This document shows positions 53,550 to 64,000 of a DNA stretch of 64,000 nucleotides, in pieces. Each line of letters begins with the position of its first letter. Position 1 is the stretch's first letter. This stretch comes from Callorhinchus milii (taxonomy: Eukaryota): contig NW_024704743.1 of NCBI RefSeq assembly GCF_018977255.1, positions 64,978,001-65,042,000 of the forward strand, in the 5' to 3' direction. The notes under the pieces are model-generated. The model was not told the origin of the DNA, searched no databases, and saw only the letters and a list, made by a program, of their open reading frames with translations. Position numbers and translations under genes: made by a program.

Positions 53550-54153
53550 TTAACCTATCAAATCCCCTCATGATTTTGAAGACCTCCATTAGGTCTCCTC
53601 GTAACCTTCTCTGCTCCAATGAGAATAATCCCAGCCTCTCCTCATAATCAAGGTCCCTTATTCCTGGTACCATCCTCACCCGACTCCACTGGCTTCCCAT
53701 CACACAGAGGATACAGTTCAAGATCCTGGTCCTCACCTTCAAAGCCCTTCATGGACTTGCTTCCCCGTACCTCTGTGACCTAACCCCCTACCATCCTGCC
53801 CGTTCCCTCCACTCAGCGAGCTCTGGCCTGTTTCATGTGCCTCACCTTGCCCGCCCCACCATTGGTGGGCGGGCCTTCTGCCACTCTACCCCTACCCTCT
53901 GGAACTCCATCTTGCAGACACTCCGTCTCGCCCCCTCCTTTGCCTCCATCAAGACCCATCTCAAAACCCTCCTTTTCGACTCTATGTTCGATCACCCTCC
54001 TTCTCCTGCCCTGCCCTCCACCCTCCGCCCTGTCTTCTGCCCTCCCCAAACTCCCACCCCCCAGCTCGGGTCCGAAACAGACTGTCCAACAGACGCCTTG
54101 AGACGTCCTCCCGACGTGAAAGGCACAATACAAATGTTATGTTGCTGTTGCTG
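53550..54153. mobile_element. Minus-strand CR1 fragment (53550-53670) abutting a plus-strand L2 3' fragment (53670-54153)
   Basis: LFSLEQRRLRGDLMEVFKIMRGFD on minus; GGRAFCHSTPTLWNS and L2 tail on plus. Confidence 0.85.
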
Positions 54154-57100
54154 TTATTCACCTCTCCAAAAGTTTGAATCCCGTCTCCAAAGCCGTGTTC
54201 TAGCTCTTGTACTGCAACTTATTTTGTGTTGCTGGACTCATGTTAGCTTTGAAGTATTCTTCAGTTTCAGCTCTGTGCTGACAATTCGGACTATCATTAT
54301 CTGGATCCAGGATAGCATTTCCTGGGTACCACTATAATGTCCCAAATAGCAGTGATGCTGTGAATCTTGAAACCAAGTAATTTAATAACACTTGCATCTG
54401 ACATTGGGAGGCTATGACAAAGTGTTGCACAGGATATACTGTGAAGTTTATACTTTGTAGGCAAACATGGCAGCCAATTTGCACACAGGAAAACAATTAC
54501 TTATGTTCAAATTATGTTAAAATTTATATTATTTACATTAAAATAAAATATTTACATCCCTACTAGTGTACCCAACGTCAGTGCACTATTTGACAGGAAT
54601 ATAACTCATTTTTTAATCTGGGGGTTTGTTGGCCAGGAAACCAGGAGAAACTCCATTTAATTTGACCACTAGGAAGTTGAAACTCCTCGTGTAGGACTGT
54701 GGTTGTAAATTCGGTAGTGTGTGTAATTTGGGGAAGTATATATTCCCAGTGGGCATGAATATAAAACGAAAACCTTATGAATTGTTTAGGCCTTCTTTTG
54801 ATGTTGATGTTTCAAATACCAAATCAATTATCATCCCGTTCCATTGAATTGTCACAGGTTGGGTTGGCCAAATGGTATCACATACCAACTTGCATCATTT
54901 TGGGGGCAACGTAAAGACCATGACTGACATGAATCAGCATACATAGCAATTTTGTACATTGGGAATGGAGATCATGCAGTGCCTGTAAGGAAGCTTGTAC
55001 TGAGTGTAGAGATTCAGTATATCTTTTAGAAAAGAACCATGGGTGGTAAGTTCTTCAACATCTATGGTATCCCTTGAATCCCAAGGTTCCATCCTTGTCT
55101 CTTCTTTTTCTCATTTACATGCTGCCTCCCAGCATGTCATCCGCAGACGGATCAACTTCCACATATATGTGGATGATGCCTAAATCTCCAGCTGCGACTC
55201 TAGTTCTGCTGATGTTCTGTCAACTTGTTTGTCAGAAATCAAGGCTTGAATGAGGGTTAAGTGCTCCCCACATGAAGATGCTGTATAAATGCAAGTTGTT
55301 GTTGTACAGGCACACAAGATACTTGGTTTAGGCATCTAGAGAAGACCACACAACATGGTACACAAAAATCCTATTTGAATCCTTTGATCCATAGTTTGCT
55401 CCTGGTGAGGTCACCAAGGCAATGCAAATACAATACACGACAAGGGAGGCATCTGCACCAGCCATTTGGGCCAGTTGTGAGATCGTACCCATTGCATTGT
55501 CCAAAACATACAATTATTTTATATTTAAATTGTGTTAAAATGAACATTATTTACATTAAAATAAAATATTTACATCCCTACCTAAGTGCCTAACATCTAG
55601 ACAGGTTTTGTTTATTTAACACCCAACTGGGAACTCTAGTGATTGCTCATTCCCCTGACTGGTTACATCAGTGTCACGTGTGGTTGGAGCAGAGTGTAAT
55701 TCCAATTCCAGAATATTTTCTAAAAGATATACTAAATCTCTACACTCCAGACAAGCTATCTTTGCAGGCACTGCATGAGCTCCATTCCCGATGTACAAAG
55801 AGGTTCCTTTCTCTAGAGGAAACAGGTGAAGAGGAGAGGAAGAGCAAAATGGCCTCGATGCTGTCATCTGAACCCAAACGCCCACAATATCTTTATCATG
55901 GCATTAGCATGTAGGGCAGAAACAAAAGCTTTGAGAACTGCATCATAACATTCCACTTGTGTCTTGATATTGGGGAGGAGGAGTTGTTGGCTCCAAAGGT
56001 GGATATTAAGGAATCTTCTTCTTTCCCCTTATGTCTTGCCCATGCCATGTCACTAGTAGAAGCTTCATCAACGGCATCATTATGTGTAGGCAGGTGATAT
56101 GGATGCAAAGGTGAGATACAATGGTTCACATTTGTCAGTCTGGATGGCCTGGACAAGTTCTTTCAGCAGAGCACTGAACCCATCTACCACTGCTGCTTGA
56201 AGTTCAACGATCTCCCGCCCTCCCAAAATCACCTGCAGTGCTAAACTGTGCTTGAAGCTTGGGCAAAGCAGTTTTGCTCTTCCTCCAACCACAACTGGTG
56301 GTGACATTTCTCATTCCAATTGAAGCCGATATACTACAGACACTCAGTGGTCAAACATCACCTCATTGTGCTTGTTAAGTCTCATTGAGGTAATTCTAAA
56401 GCTGCCTTCTCATTCGCTCATAATTGTGAAACTAAATCAGATTGAGGAATTTCACTCCTTGTACTCACACATCCAACTTAATTACACTTGCACTGTCCAA
56501 AGCCCTTTACCCTAGTACCACCAGAATTTGGTACCATTCTGTGGTTAGAGCATCTGACTAAAACTGCAAGAAGCCTCATACAGTAAGGAGCTCTTAAACC
56601 GAAGGGTTTTGCATGCCTTTGTCATACTCCACTAATCAAATTAATGAGTAGCAAGAAAGGAGGCACATCTATGAAATGAATCGTTTTTCTATAGGTTATT
56701 CTGTATTTTGTATTAGTTTTATTTTTTTTAGAAAAAAACTGCTTTAATGGCTGTTCTTGTGGAAAATAAATAAAAGTGACATTTAGTCTTCCCACTTACT
56801 ACTGCCAACATTATTGTACTGTTCCAGTAGTTACTCTGACAGGCTGCCGCTGTCCTTCAGTCGTTTTACATTTGTTTTTCTACTTCGGCTGAACTGGAGT
56901 TGACAAAAAAACTCTGTGTAGAAAATAGTATTTTTAAAATTATCACGATTAAATTCAACTTAACACAAATTTGATATTTTCAAGAAGTTGCAAATGTTAA
57001 TTGTTAATTTAATACAATAATCCACAACAGTCGTTATCAATGTTGATTGTTTTATGCTTTTCACGATTGTAATGAACATTGTACATTGTGCAACTAACCA

Positions 57101-57335
57101 TCTTTGAAAAAGTGCTGTTGGGGCGTTTACATTCATCTTATATTAGCAAGCATGCCTTATTTTAGCAATAATCCGAGGGTGACGGGTTTCACATTAACGC
57201 TCCTATTTAAGTGATTGTTGCTGTCGTAAATTGGAATGCTATTTGAAAATCTTCCCTCGACTCTTATTGCGAAGATGTAAATGCTGATATGAATATTAAT
57301 GAAAACAGACCTTAATTTTTTCATTTTTCTTTCAG

Positions 57336-57481
57336 ATGGAAGAAACCTACAACCACAAGGGTCTGTGATCTGGCTGCCAAACAGACTGGGTGTGTGTCTC
57401 TGAAGGATTCCTTTGTCCTGAACTGCTGTTTTTTTGTCGAATTAGGAAATGATTGGAATGGAAATGGAGCTCCACCAAAAA
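57336..57481 (+). other. Candidate exon 4 of the divergent transcript
   Basis: Strong acceptor CTTAATTTTTTCATTTTTCTTTCAG|; weaker donor AAA|GTATGT. Confidence 0.4.
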
Positions 57482-58194
57482 GTATGTGAAGAGTAGAAAA
57501 GGAGTAAATCTCCCCCCCACCCACCAAAAGAAAATCCAGCAAATTAAGAATTAGAACACACAGGAACAGAATAACCTATAGAAAAAAATGATCAAAAGGT
57601 GACACGAGAGAAGGAATTGGAAAAACACATGGGGGGGGAGGGTCGTACAAGCAAAGAAAGTAATAATAATCCTTGCATTTGATATAGGGCCTTATCAAGT
57701 CTTTGAGATGTCTCAAAGCACTTCACAGAATATACTGTAAAGTGTAGTGACTATATTTTGTGGGAGAGGTGCCATGGCATGAAGGGATTTGAAAATGAGT
57801 TTGAGGATCTTGAATTCGATATTAAGACAAAATTGTCTTACTGGATAATTTCACGACATGGTATGTTGGTACACTGATAAAGAGGTGTCCTTTTCACAAA
57901 TGTGACAGAATCTGAAGTGATATAATTTGGAAGTAAAAGATAGAAACAGAAAGTTTCAGCCCTAAAGGTCATGTGTGTGTAATTTGTGTTGAGTACACAT
58001 GATTTCTTTGGCATATATTCTCTCTTCCTACATATCTTGGCCAATCTCATTACAATACTCTGTGGAAATATATTTGATTAGATTTACAATAATAATAATC
58101 CTTACATTTGATATAGCGCCTTATCAAGTCTTTCAGAGGTCTCAAAGTGCTTCACAGAATATACTATAACTTTTACTTAAAACTTCTATAACTT

Positions 58195-58348
58195 TCAAGA
58201 GAGAAGTATATGGGTATTTGGGGAGGACACGATTGCAGGGCTATGGAGAGAAAGCGGGCCAGTGGTATTGAGTTGGATTGCTCTTTTCAGAGCTGGCGCA
58301 GACACGATGGGTCAAGTGGCCTCTTTCTGTGTTGTATGATTCTATGAT
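58195..58348 (+). mobile_element. CR1 3' end; a decayed minus-strand Deu-SINE follows at about 58390-58710
   Basis: GACACGATGGGTCAAGTGGCCTCTTTCTGTGTTGTATGATTCTATGAT. Confidence 0.8.
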
Positions 58349-59667
58349 TTGAAAAAGCATTGCTAACATTAAAACATGTAACAGAATTTACTAAGTGTAG
58401 TTACTGTGTATTTGTAAGCCAATTTGCACACATTAGTGTCCCATAACCAACCAGAAGATGAATGGTCAATTTTAACTGGAGGATTGTTAGCCAGGATATT
58501 GGGAGAAATTCTCTTTTCTTTTTGAATAGTGTAAATGGGCTGTTTAATAACCATCTGAACAAACAGAAAGGACATCAGTTTAAGATCTCATCTGAAGGAA
58601 AGAAATGCAGACAATAGAGTGCTTCCTCAGCACTGCGATGTCACCCTACATTATGAGCTCAAAGCCCCAATGTTGCTTGAATCTAGAGCATTGATCAGCT
58701 GAGCCAGGTAATAAAGATGTATGCACTTAACTTGCACTTGGTATGTTTCTTTCACAAAGCGTACACTAGTAGAAAAAGCAACAAAAAAACACATTTTTGA
58801 TTTAAGAGTGAGGTATGTAAAACTTCATGTCAGTTTTTAACCTATGGCACAAGATTCATTTAGTTATACAACAATTGTACAACATTTAGGAATACTTCTC
58901 TCTTATTCAAAAACTATTAAATCACATCTATTTCCTCAAATGATACAACCAGATAATCATGATCATCTAACAATCATAAATAATATATAGAAAAATATTC
59001 ATCAATAAAAATTCACATGACCTCAGTTTTCATCCTCATTTTATCAAAGGAACAACTTTTATGGCTATTCTAGATAATTAGATAGTGTCACATCACCAAA
59101 TGTAAATAATAAATTACCATGTATGGTATAGATTGTCTACATGAAATAGTTTGCAAATACTGGCAATGTAAGGCTTTCTTTTTAAATGATGAACTATTTT
59201 ACATGCCAAACACTATTTCAATTCAATGGCAAGGCTATATTTTCAACCACAAAGAAAACAGATATTGGCAGAACCTATGGTTCATAAGTACTATTTAACA
59301 TTAATTCAAGAGCTTTTGCTTTGAAATTATTTAAGAAAAAAACTTGATACCTGTTGAAAGCACAACAACCGCAGAACATTAAGTATGAGTCATATAACTG
59401 TCCCTGCTATTTATAAGGACTTGTCAATAAAGGTTGCAATTATTAACAAGGTATTGAAAATGATTTTAATCTTACTAATGAGTTACAATATCAAAATCTA
59501 TTCTGCAAATTTGCTTTGCAACCCAGATACTTACATTTTTATTGATTAATGAAACTACCACTGTCTATGACAAATAATTAGAATTGCCTGCACAGTTCTT
59601 ATGCTGAAATGTGCAATAACTGAAAAATATTATTCACGGTGAATGTATAATTTCTTCATTTGGTCCT

Positions 59668-59770
59668 TTAATCATGTTCTGATTGAAACATAGGGTCCTG
59701 CAGTTCAGGATAATGCTTGTATAGAGCCCACACTTCCATTGACTTGCACTGTTTTTGAAGGCACAGGCAC
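59668..59770 (-). CDS. Probable coding part of a terminal exon of an unidentified minus-strand gene, followed by an AT-rich 3' UTR; frame uncertain
   Basis: Acceptor TTTGTTTAATTTTCTTGCATTTCAG|G; frames give VPVPSKTVQVNGSVGSIQALS* (stop 59705) or CLCLQKQCKSMEVWALYKHYPELQDPMFQSEHD* (stop 59668); minus AATAAA at 59538-59543; about 1 kb repeat-free AT-rich sequence. Confidence 0.45.
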
Positions 59771-60879
59771 CTGAAATGCAAGAAAATTAAACAAATTTAC
59801 AGTAACATCAATACTTTTCCCCTTTGCTTCCCTTTTCGTTTATTGGGAGTATGTTTCCATGAATATCAGTTGCCCTCTCGTACATCATTCAATATTTATT
59901 CATATTTCAACTTTAACAGAGACTTGGCAGGTTACAGAGCTGTTATAAAATGATGATCTACGTCCAATATCTCAGACCCTGGCATTGAAACAAAATTCAA
60001 AAGAAAGGCCAACTTCTATGCCATCAGGTTGTTACTGCTGCTATCACTTTCTGTGCATTACACACGTTTTGCACTATCTGCAAGAAGTGCTGCTGAAGAA
60101 AGTGATGCTTCCTGCACACAGCATGCTTGCAGAGAAAATGTTACTGGTATTTGTTACACAGGCACAGCGCACCAAAAATTCTATCAACGACACTTACTGC
60201 ACATTGTGAACAAGAAATTATGTCAGCAGCGAGTTGATAACCCCAAAGACGGCATTTTTTTTAACCACCTTAAGCCAGGTTCAAAACTCTTCAATTATAA
60301 TGCGAGTCGACTGTAGTATAATGCAATAAGCGAACTCATATAAAGCTAAAGTCTATGCTGTATATTTTACTGAGGAGGACATCCTACCCAAACGCGTTTT
60401 CACATGAGCAGTTCCTGCAGGTATTAATGGATAACAATCAGGAGTAGAAAGTCTGTCTGATTTTCTGTCCTAACATCGTACTGTCCTGAATGAGATCAGC
60501 TAACTCAAAATACACTAAGGATCAAAGCTTGAACTTTTCTGTTATGCATGGTTTAGGTACTCACTGAATAAAATAAGTGAACCGTTGGACAGAGATGACA
60601 TTGATCTAATAAATAGAACAAGAGATTTCATATCTTGTGAAAACAAGATTTATTTAGCACTAAAAGGCCAAGGTTGATTGATTGAAGTCATACGTCTGTA
60701 TTCATGCTTGATGAATTAGTTAACAATCAGCTTCCAGGTGGGAAAAAAATCACCTGTGTTAAACAATTCCAGCCTCTTTCACAAGGTCAGAACGAGGTCC
60801 AATGCAGAAGGCTTGTTGGCCCATTTACTATCATCTCAGTGTACAAACGATTCCACCTTCCTGGTACAGCACTAAACTC

Positions 60880-61180
60880 GCACAGAATCATAGACATTTA
60901 TGGCACAGAAGATCATTCAGCCCTTTGAGTCTGCACTTGCTCTCAGAGCAAGGTGTTCATTCAACCCCACTGCCCTACTTTATCCCCACATTCTTTCATA
61001 TCCTTATCTACTTCCCGCTTGAAACCTATAATGAACTCTGCCTCTACTACCTTACTTGGCAAGACATTCCACAAACTCTGAGTGCAAAGATTTTGCTAAA
61101 CTCTCCTTTCACTTTTCTTGTGACTATCTATGATCCCTAATCACCGTCTCCCCTACTAGTGAAAATAACTTCTCCCTATT
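60880..61180 (-). mobile_element. Old CR1 3' fragment
   Basis: CAGAATCATAGACATTTATGGCACAGAAGATCATTCAGCCC tail signature. Confidence 0.7.
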
Positions 61181-61399
61181 TGCCTAAACTGTGAGGCTAG
61201 GCTAAACCACCTTTCCTGAGTTGTTTTATCTTCTGGATAAAGAAATATTTCCTGAAGTCTGTCCCAAACTTTCCCTTTTTACCCCTGAATTTGTGACATC
61301 AAATCTCAACCGATTAAATTGCATTCAGTAGTTCATATATATCTGTAAGAATCCCTATGAGATGTTTTTCTTCGAGGTTGAAAAATCCTTGTTTATCTT

Positions 61400-61745
61400 A
61401 TCACTCAGCAGGTCAGGCAGAATCTATGGAGAAATGAAAGTGAGTCAACGTTTCGGGTCCACGACCCTTCATCAGAACTGGGGCATGTTGGGAGGGAGAG
61501 GCTTTTAAGGGCTAACAAAGGATAGGCAGGGCAAGGAAGACAAAGGAGAAAATGGGGTAGAGGACAGGGCATGATGGGTTAGAGGTGTTAATGATGCAAA
61601 ACAAAGAGGGGGATTGCAACAAAACGGGAATAGAGGTGTTAATAATGTAAAACAAAGGGAAAGGGAAGATTGCAACAAAATAGGCAGACCAGAGAGAGAG
61701 AAAAGGTGTGTCTGAGACCCAAATGATGTGGTAATAGTCACAGAA
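61400..61745 (-). mobile_element. Penelope-like element terminal region with an internal tandem duplication of about 55 bp
   Basis: Minus CTGATGAAGGGTCGTGGACCCGAAACGTTGACTCACTTTCATTTCTCCATAGATTCTGCCTGACCTGCTGAG; TAGAGGTGTTAAT...GATTGCAACAAAA occurs twice. Confidence 0.75.
61443..61479 (-). ncRNA. Minimal type I hammerhead ribozyme motif
   Basis: AGUU-CUGAUGA-A-GGGUC(GUG)GACCC-GAAAC-GUU-GACU: both core boxes, helix II, palindromic ACGU helix III, helix I AGUU/GACU. Confidence 0.75.
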
Positions 61746-61890
61746 GAAGGGGAGGGGGATGGTGAGCTGTTCCTTTCAGACCATAACAGCTCACCTTGAA
61801 TCCTGTTTGTACTTCTTAATTTTGGCTTTGGGCATGGTAAACAATGAGTCAGTTAACACCACAATATCTCTTGCCAGGGTCCTTTATATC

Positions 61891-62180
61891 AGAGTTCTGT
61901 CGCTTAGTGGTTAGAGCAGTTGCCTCGAGGACCTGGCTTTGGTTCATAATAATCCTTGCATTTGATATAGCGCCTTATCACGTCTTCGAGACGTCTCAAA
62001 GCGCTTCACAGAATATACTGTAAAGTGAATTGACTGTATATTTTGTGGGCAAAATGCAGCAGCTAATTACACACAGTGGTGTCCCACAAATAGTCGTGAT
62101 TGAAGTTAAAAAACATTTTGAAGGAATTATTACCCCCGGAAAAGCAATCTGCCAATCGACTAACATCGGTTCCTGAGCCA
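61891..62180. mobile_element. SINE head (plus, 61891-61945) joined to a minus-strand SINE body and tail (61946-62180)
   Basis: CTTAGTGGTTAGAGCA head followed directly by ATAATAATCCTTGCATTTG. Confidence 0.8.
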
Positions 62181-62295
62181 GGCAGGTCTCTGGGCACTCC
62201 AAAGCATGAATAATGAGGCATGGATAATGACAAACCAGCCAGCCTGCTTCACTAGAAGCACTTGGTGGGCAGACCAGTCACTGGACCAGGGATTC

Positions 62296-63935
62296 AACAA
62301 CAACAAATTACATTTGTATAATGCCCTTCACATCAGGAGGACGTCCCAAGGAGCTGGACAGTTAGGGATTTGGACCCAAGCAGGGGGTTGGGGCAGGATA
62401 GATGGAGGGCAGGGAGGGTCACCAAATTGAAAGCTAGACAAAGGGACTGTTGGATGGTGTTCCAAAGGGTGGAGGCAGAGAGGCTGAAGGCCTGGTAGCC
62501 AATGTTGGAGCAAGCTGGTCGGTGCACATGGAGCAGGTAAGGGACATTAATCCTGCAAGCGTGCTGAGCAGAGGGATTGGACAGGTTGATATGGGTTTAG
62601 CAGGTCACAGATATAGGAAGGAGCAAGGCCAAGAAGGGCTTTGAAGGCGAGGACCAGGATTTTGATCTCCATCCTCTGGGGGTGGGGAGACAGTGGAGCT
62701 GGGCAAGGGTGGGGGTGATAGGGTCATGGAGCCTGGTGCAGGAGAGGACAGGAAAGAGAGTTCTGGATGATCTGCAGCTTGTGGAGGGAAGAGTTGGGGA
62801 GCCCGACAAAGCAGGGAGTTGGCGTAGTCGAGCCTAGATGTGATGAATACGTGGATGAGATTTTCAGGGTCCTGAGGCAAGTGGTGGAGCTGGGCGATGT
62901 TAAGGTGGTGGGGAAAGGCAGAACAGATCATAGCACAGATGTGGGGTACAAAGGACAGTTGAGGGTCAAACAAGATGCCATGGTTCTGGACTGGCTCAGT
63001 GAGTTGGAGTGTGCATCCATGCCTGAGTTGTGGAGGTGCTGACAGGAGCCAATCAAGAGGGCCTTGGTCCTTTTGATGTTCAACCGTAGAAAGTTAGCTC
63101 TCATCCATCTTGATGTCTAACAGACAATCTGTCAGGACAGCAGTGATCCTGGAGTCTAGGGTGGAAAGAGATACAGACAGTTGGGTGTTCTTCGGCGTAC
63201 ATGTGGAAGTTGACCGCATGTCTATGGATGATGTCACCAAGAGGATATTATGAAGAGGAGGGGACCAAGGACAGAGCCCTGAGGAACTCCACACGAGACA
63301 GTGTGGGGGCTAGAGGAAAAGCAGTTTGTGGAGACTGTGTGAGAGGTAGTATCTGAACCAGTCAAGGACAGAATCATGAAGATTAAGGTGAGAGGAGGTA
63401 GAGGAGGATAGAGTTGTCAACAGTGTCAGAGGCAGCAGAAAGTCAAGGAGGACGAGGAGACAAAGGGAGCCCTTTTCACAGATGGACAAAATGTTGTTTG
63501 TCAGCAAGGCTGTTTCTATACTGTGGGCAGCGCGGAAACCCGATTGGTGGGGTTCGTAGAGGGAGTAGTGGGAGGGGAAGGAGAAAAGCTGGGAAGCAAC
63601 GACTCATTCCAGGAACATGGAAAGGGAGTTTGGAGATGGGGTGCTAATTGGAGAGCAGGGATGGGTCCTGGGAAGGCTTTTTGAGGATTGAGGTGATGAA
63701 GGCAGCTTTTAAGGAGGTTGGAATGGTTTTGGTGGACAAGGAGAGGCTGATGATGTCTATGAATAGAGGGGCAAGGAGGTGGAGTTGGGAGGTAAGGAGA
63801 GGGATAGGGATGGGTTGAGATTGAGCAGTTGGGTCATAATGGTGGTGAGAGAGGACGGGGGGGCAAGTTCGAAGGTGTGGAGGAAGGGATGGGTAGGGCC
63901 AGAGTGTGAGGGGGAGATGGGGAGGGAGTAGCATC
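62296..63935 (-). mobile_element. L2 LINE remnant (decayed RT region and tail)
   Basis: FITSRLDYANSLL, SLCLLVLLD, PIPIPLL...ILKKPSQDPS, (CAA)n tail. Confidence 0.9.
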
Positions 63936-64000
63936 TCACTCAGCTCCTGTTAATCCTGCAAGCCACACCTCCAACAGGTATGCTAGATGAATAGTGGGAA

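Noticed and set aside
60207..60315. Minus-strand exon or Tigger-like TIR (TACAGTCGACTCGC)
   Set aside because: No convincing frame and no partner TIR found.

Overview
Vertebrate genomic DNA, not prokaryotic. The repeat complement (abundant L2 and CR1 LINEs, tRNA-headed SINEs with L2-type tails, SacSINE1/AmnSINE1-like Deu-SINEs, shark-type Penelope ends) points to a cartilaginous fish, possibly a chimaera; this is inference. A CpG island at about 40.7-41.7 kb looks like a bidirectional promoter. Leftwards, a minus-strand gene has a non-coding first exon (donor at 40594), a long repeat-filled 5' region and a clean 94-nt exon at 3562-3655; I cannot identify the gene. Rightwards there is a candidate spliced plus-strand transcript (exons ending at 41167, then 42771-42898, 48598-48760, 57336-57481) that would encode a 95-aa ORF. 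A probable last exon of another minus-strand gene starts at 59770. Mobile-element highlights are a decayed hAT (SPIN/GTF2IRD2-like) transposon with an intact 8-bp TSD inside a Deu-SINE, a Helitron PIF1-helicase remnant with its CTAG 3' end, a Penelope-type end with an apparently intact minimal hammerhead ribozyme, and an unclassified ancient repeat in four copies. I cannot support a wholly new biological system; the best leads are the ribozyme, the divergent transcript and the unclassified repeat. Repeat boundaries are approximate, read by eye.
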